NCBI GenBank assembly: GCA_016748015.1 | Contig: JAAOMT010000003.1 | Coordinates: 252,373 to 316,372 of the forward strand | Source of the DNA: Geosiphon pyriformis uo1 | Taxonomy: Eukaryota; Fungi; Glomeromycota | Length of the DNA stretch: 64,000 nt | Reading direction: 5' to 3' | Part shown: piece after piece, positions 58,901-64,000 of the stretch | Position numbering within the stretch: the stretch's first letter is position 1 | Layout of the letters: the number at the start of each line of letters is the position of its first letter | The notes under the pieces: model-generated | Databases searched by the model: none | What the model was told of the DNA's origin: nothing | What the model saw: the letters and a program-made list of their open reading frames with translations, nothing else | Made by a program: the position numbers and the translations under genes

Positions 58901-61900
58901 TTGATAAAAAAATGCACATCCACATGAGTCTTGACAACACTTGACTTGGAGAGCCTCTCAGTTGACAAAAAAATACCTAGATACTGATGTGCTTTCCTTT
59001 TTTTGGCAATAGAAATTGGCTGACTGCAAATGCTTAGTAAAGCAACTTTAACATCCTGATTGATGGGAATAGCTACCGTTTTCTCACTGTTGATAGAAAT
59101 ATCATTGATTACAAAAAATTCACTGGCAATGTTCAGAGCATATTGAGTAGAAGCCTGACAATTCCCAACCCAGATCATATCATCAACAAATGCACCAGCC
59201 GAAAAATACAATGTCAAACCACCATTGCTCTCAATTCTGCCAGACTTTGAAACAAACTTAGTATCAATCCAGTACCCACACAATTGTTCATGCCTCTTAA
59301 CCTCACACAAAAGTGGATCATAAAAAATTCTCCATAGAAGTGATGAAAAGACCTCACCCTGATCCAGCCCATTATGCACCTTATAACCACCAGACAAACC
59401 AAAGTCAGTCATTACCCTATTAACTCTATTCTCATGAATACCACCAAAAAATCTTATAAACCTCTCACACATCTTGACACACCACAAACTAGCCCTTAAA
59501 TAATACCACTCAACTGAATCATAAGCTTTCCGCATATCTTGCAAGACCAACCATAACTCTTTATCCTTCTCAATGGCATCCTCAATCACTGAACCAACAG
59601 CAAACACTGGAAATTGTGTAGACATACTCTTTAGCACCGAAAAATGGTCACTTTAAAGTATGTTGAACTTGCTACAAGCCATTAAAATACGATTAGACAG
59701 AACCTTAGAAAAAATTTTCCTAGCAGTCTTAATCAAAGCAATAGGCTGAGTGTTTGTAAGAACTCCATCTCAGTCGTAAGGCTTAGGAATCATTGACACT
59801 CAAGCCCTCTTTCACAAAACAGGCACCACACCAACAGACAAACACTTATTAAACAGCACCAACAGACACCCCAAAACCACCTCACCACCATGTTTCTACA
59901 ACTCATTAGGAACACCAGACAAACCAGCAGCCTTGCCATTAAGCAGACCACCAACAACAGAAAGTAACTCATCCATACTAATTGCACTCATAACACCCAA
60001 AAAGACATCATCCCGAACATGGTCCAAAGGTGTGTACTGATGAGCCCAAAGATCAGGAAGCTCTGACTGCACAAAGCGTTTTCTCGTCCACCCCTCCATT
60101 ATCTTATTCACGCTTGACTTCACCTCTTCAGGCAACAAAACCAGATCATCATCAACTATCAAGTGATCCAACACCACTTTGCGAAAAGGCTTTTCCAACA
60201 CACTCCTGATCATACTACCCTTATCCGAACAGAAATTATCCATGTGCTTTTTAATCGCCTTCTTAACCGAAGCTTCCTCAGCCAATCTCGACTCAAACAT
60301 CTTCGACCTTCTGTAATCTCTGTGAACCAATGACAAATGCCTAACAACAACATCAGATTTAACTCCCAAGCCAACCAAGTTCTTAAAAGCATGAGTCTTT
60401 GCATCATCCAGAGTTGATCATTTACTCACAAGACAATTAGTACCCAGCAAGTCACCCGAGCAAAATTTTTTGACAATCTTGGCCACCAACAATTCCAGAC
60501 CAAAAAACTTAGAAGAATGTTTGTTTCTTGAATACTTGAATTCACTAAACCAATGTCTCGAAAATGTTGCATCAGCAGAATCTATTACAGCTCCCACCAA
60601 AACTGCCCATATAGCATCCACATCACCACGCATTTCAGCACCAGAGAACACTTCACCCAAAAACAAGAGTTTTGCCGAAGAGAGATCCTTAAACTTAGCC
60701 CATCCAGCACAGTCAACATTCTTGATATTAAACTTCCAACGATCTTTATTTGCCTGCTTGCACAAACTATTCAATTGTACATCAAGAAGCCCACCCAAAC
60801 CAACCAAAACCACAACTGCCCTGTGATCAGTGTCAAAGAAATCTGAAACAGAGACAACTTGATGACCAACAACAGCAAAAAACAAATTACCACCCACAAA
60901 AATGTAATCAATCATTTTCCCAACCCCTTTTGAATTGCTCCATGTATGAGAATCAGCCAAATAATAACCAATGAATGAATTAACCAAACCCAAACTCAAA
61001 CAAAACTTGAAACTAGCACTTTTATCAGATCTATTCTCATTAAAGTCCCCACCCAAGATAACAAAATTGTTGGAGTTGACAGTCTTTGCAATGAGAGAGT
61101 TAACTTCAGAAGCCTAACCAAACCTAGCCCCAGAAGAGGCACCAGCATACAACTCCAAAACAGTAACCGAAAGCTTGCCCTTAAACAAAAGCTGAACAGA
61201 AACAACCCAACCAGGAATCTCTTCCACTTTAAATACATGACGAGCCAAAGAAATGTTCATAATAATTGCAACTCCAGCACCCATAAAATCTTTATCCAAT
61301 CCTGAAGAAAAGATTCACACTCTATTAAATTTATCTTTTATCCATGGCCCAGAAGAGAACCTCAACTTTGTCTCAATGATAAAAAAAACCATGTTTCCTG
61401 AGTTTACATGCCAACAAACAACATCTGCTTGCTTCACAAGAACATTGATACCCTGAACATTGCACGTAGCAAATTTTCAGACCAAACTACTCATTGAGGC
61501 AAAGGAAGAGCCAACAAACCCGATCCAGAATGCAAATGATCCAACCTACTCAAAACCGAGTGAATTGATGCCTCCAGAGCCATCATTTTTGACTCCAAAC
61601 TGCCAATCTTGGCAGTCAGAACCTTAGAACTGCTCGGACTGAAGTCAACAACCAACTCACCAACATTGGGGAGAGAGGAGGCAGATGATGGCAACATACC
61701 ATCCAAAGCCAAACCTGAGTCCATATCTGAAACAATAGCAGTTGGAGACACTAAAGAAAGAGCTGAGGGAAGAGGTGCCAAAGACACCAAGTCAGCAAAA
61801 CTCAATTTCTTTAAAATAAGTGAGACCTGATCCGAAAGAATTTTCATGGAGTGTTCTAGTACAGCTAGTCGACCACCCAAATCAATGGCACCAGACAAGG

Positions 61901-63558
61901 AGAAATCTATTGAAAAAGCTTTCAAACCCGAGATCAAACCAACACCAGGAGCACCTGAAGAGACAACACAAGAGGGAGAGCTGCCTGCCACTTGGGCCCA
62001 TGTCTTTCCACCAAAAGAAACTGGGCGAACAATTGGTGCCTGCTTCTTTCTATAAATATTGGCCAACTACACCTTATCCTGAGAAGTCACTGCACATTTC
62101 TCACGACCACCAGACCTCTTATCCACAGAACAGTTAACAGCAGTATGACCAAACAGTTTGCAATGAGCACAACTGGTCAAAGAAAGACCAGCCCAATGCA
62201 AGTCCACACCCTTAAAGACCAGAACCAAACCAATAGCAGCCAACTTAGATGCCTCACTTTCAAAACAAATTACAGCACACTGATCATGAACATATGAAGT
62301 TGAATTACGGCCTATAAAACAAGTTTTCCTATCATAAGTCTCCACCAATTCAGACAAATCATGAGCAGTCATGTCAATTGGAAGAGTATACAACAAAGCC
62401 CGAAACCTATCCCTTAATACCCACGATTGTTTATCATCAACAGCCTTTGCTATATGAACAGAATCTTTTTTCACAAGAACAGATCATCTAGCTGTGACCA
62501 AATTAGCTACCTTCAATGATTCAAATTCTACCAGGGCCTTTTGCCAAAGACCAATGAGCTGCATCTTGATTGACACAATTTTTCCAAATTTAGAAAACAC
62601 TGCCTTAACCACAGATTTGGAAAAATCAACAGGGATCTCCTTGATTATCACCTTCTGATTCGAATGACTGTTTACTTTTCTGAGATCATTATTTATCATG
62701 ATTTTTTCACTAATCACCATATCTTTTGTCCTGTCCAAACTTAATTCAGAAGTGAATGTAGATCTTATTACACCAGGAAATTTTAAGGGAGTCAAAGCTC
62801 CTCCAAATTCATCAATTCGATAAAAGATTTTTTTAATTGCCATTAACTTATCAACATTTGTCTTCCCAGGTACTGCCAAAACCTCAATATCTAATGTGAA
62901 AGATTTTACTGGCTCGAAATTCCTTTTTTCTGGGGCACATGACCTGATATGCGGCACCTGATTGGCACCATCAAACTTAGGGGGAAGAAGCTTTAGCACA
63001 TCATTGTCATCACTCATATGGTCGAACAAAGGTTGCTTTGGTGAGTTGCCCAGCACATATGTTTGAGTACGAGTCTTTCTCAGTGTAGTTTCGTTCATGC
63101 CATCATCTTCACCTGATTCCGCATAGCAGGTTTCTTCGGCCACCGTGTTCATCATATCTTCAACATCCAAGAGACCACTGACACTACTAGTAACACTGTC
63201 AATCTCACTGCCCCAGGACATCACAGACTCGGTACTAGCACTATCAATATCCTCCAGGCTCAGCGATCCAGTAGACGAGTCGACCACATTACCAGCAGCA
63301 GGCTTTTTCGGTTTCTTGTAAGATGCACTCCGAGAGTAGACTGTATCTATGCGCTTTTTCTTCGCACTCTGGCGGATTCCCAAACCAGCCAAAACTGAGT
63401 CAGAACCACCAGCAGAAGAGCCTACTGGTTCTATTACGACAAATAGAGGTATATTAGAAGAAATGACTTGGTGAATGAAAGGTAAAGGAATAAAGTAAAG
63501 CAATTTCTCCTAAAAAATTTTTTGTTTTCACAGTGGCCAGAGGATCAATGAGAGAAAG
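55905..63558 (-). mobile_element. LINE-e (subfamily B): full-length, best-preserved copy, interrupted by LTR-B
   Basis: ORF1 ~63435-61491 (CAHCKLFGHTAVNC). ORF2 61494-56023 with MGGDFN, IDYIF, DTDH, QDMRKAYDSV, GLDQG, AFVDD, FTDGS, AELQA, LDSQAA, CLFCGGMEFSDHVFTC. Tail hairpins at 55975-56015. Confidence 0.95.
57821..58602. mobile_element. LTR family B: solo LTR, or a collapsed full element (contains an N gap at 58166-58185)
   Basis: Perfect 8-bp terminal inverted repeats TGTTACGG/CCGTAACA and a perfect 4-bp TSD ACAC (57817-57820, 58603-58606). Confidence 0.92.
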
Positions 63559-64000
63559 TTTTTTGTAATAGTTTACCAAAATTAAATTAATTATTATATT
63601 AAAAAAGTAAAATACCAAGTATTATTAATTATTATCAAATTAAATTTTTGTTTTTTATACAAAAAATTTTAACACAAAATTTTTAAATTTATTAAAATCT
63701 TTAAATTATATTATTAAATTACAATATTAACTAATAGATAATTAAATTATTTTTTTAATCTTAATATATAATTAGTTAATTATTTTTTCTATTTTTTTTA
63801 AAAGACTAAAAAATATATGTAAAATTAACTTATTGATAATTAAATTATTTAATAAAAAAATAATAAACACCAAAATAAATTGATTATTATGCTGTAAAAA
63901 TCAAATATTAAGTATTATTAATTATAATTAAATTTTTATTTATTATATAAAAAACTTAATTAATATAAAATTTTCAAAATACATTTACCAAAAACAGCAT

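Noticed and set aside
56689-62297. Plus-strand ORFs antisense to LINE-e
   Set aside because: Shadow frames of the minus-strand coding sequence, not conserved between copies.
63490-63558. HDV-like ribozyme at the LINE 5' end
   Set aside because: I could not build the nested double pseudoknot by eye; it would need a consensus sequence and a covariance search.

Overview
AT-rich eukaryotic DNA with GT-AG introns. It looks fungal; the repeat proteins resemble those I recall from Glomeromycotina (e.g. Geosiphon), which is an inference, not a search result. The first ~8.5 kb is gene-like: an intronless phosphoserine aminotransferase gene that runs off the left edge, and a 4-exon Ser/Thr-rich single-pass membrane protein gene. 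Most of the rest is a nested set of decayed transposons. There are five copies of an APE-RT-RNase H non-LTR retrotransposon in two subfamilies, all with an ATGA ORF1/ORF2 overlap where the junction survives. There is one ORF1-only element that carries the same 3' stem-loop tail (HAL1-like). There are two Ty3/Gypsy elements, one with a Cys-rich domain plus dUTPase, and both encode integrase as a separate ORF. There are also three LTR families with solo or partial LTRs, and a MULE transposase relic. Decay is overwhelmingly C>T/G>A, from CpG loss up to near-total G/C erasure, which is RIP-like. A Tn5/Nextera mosaic-end sequence at 26128-26146 marks an artefactual junction, and there are two 20-N gaps.
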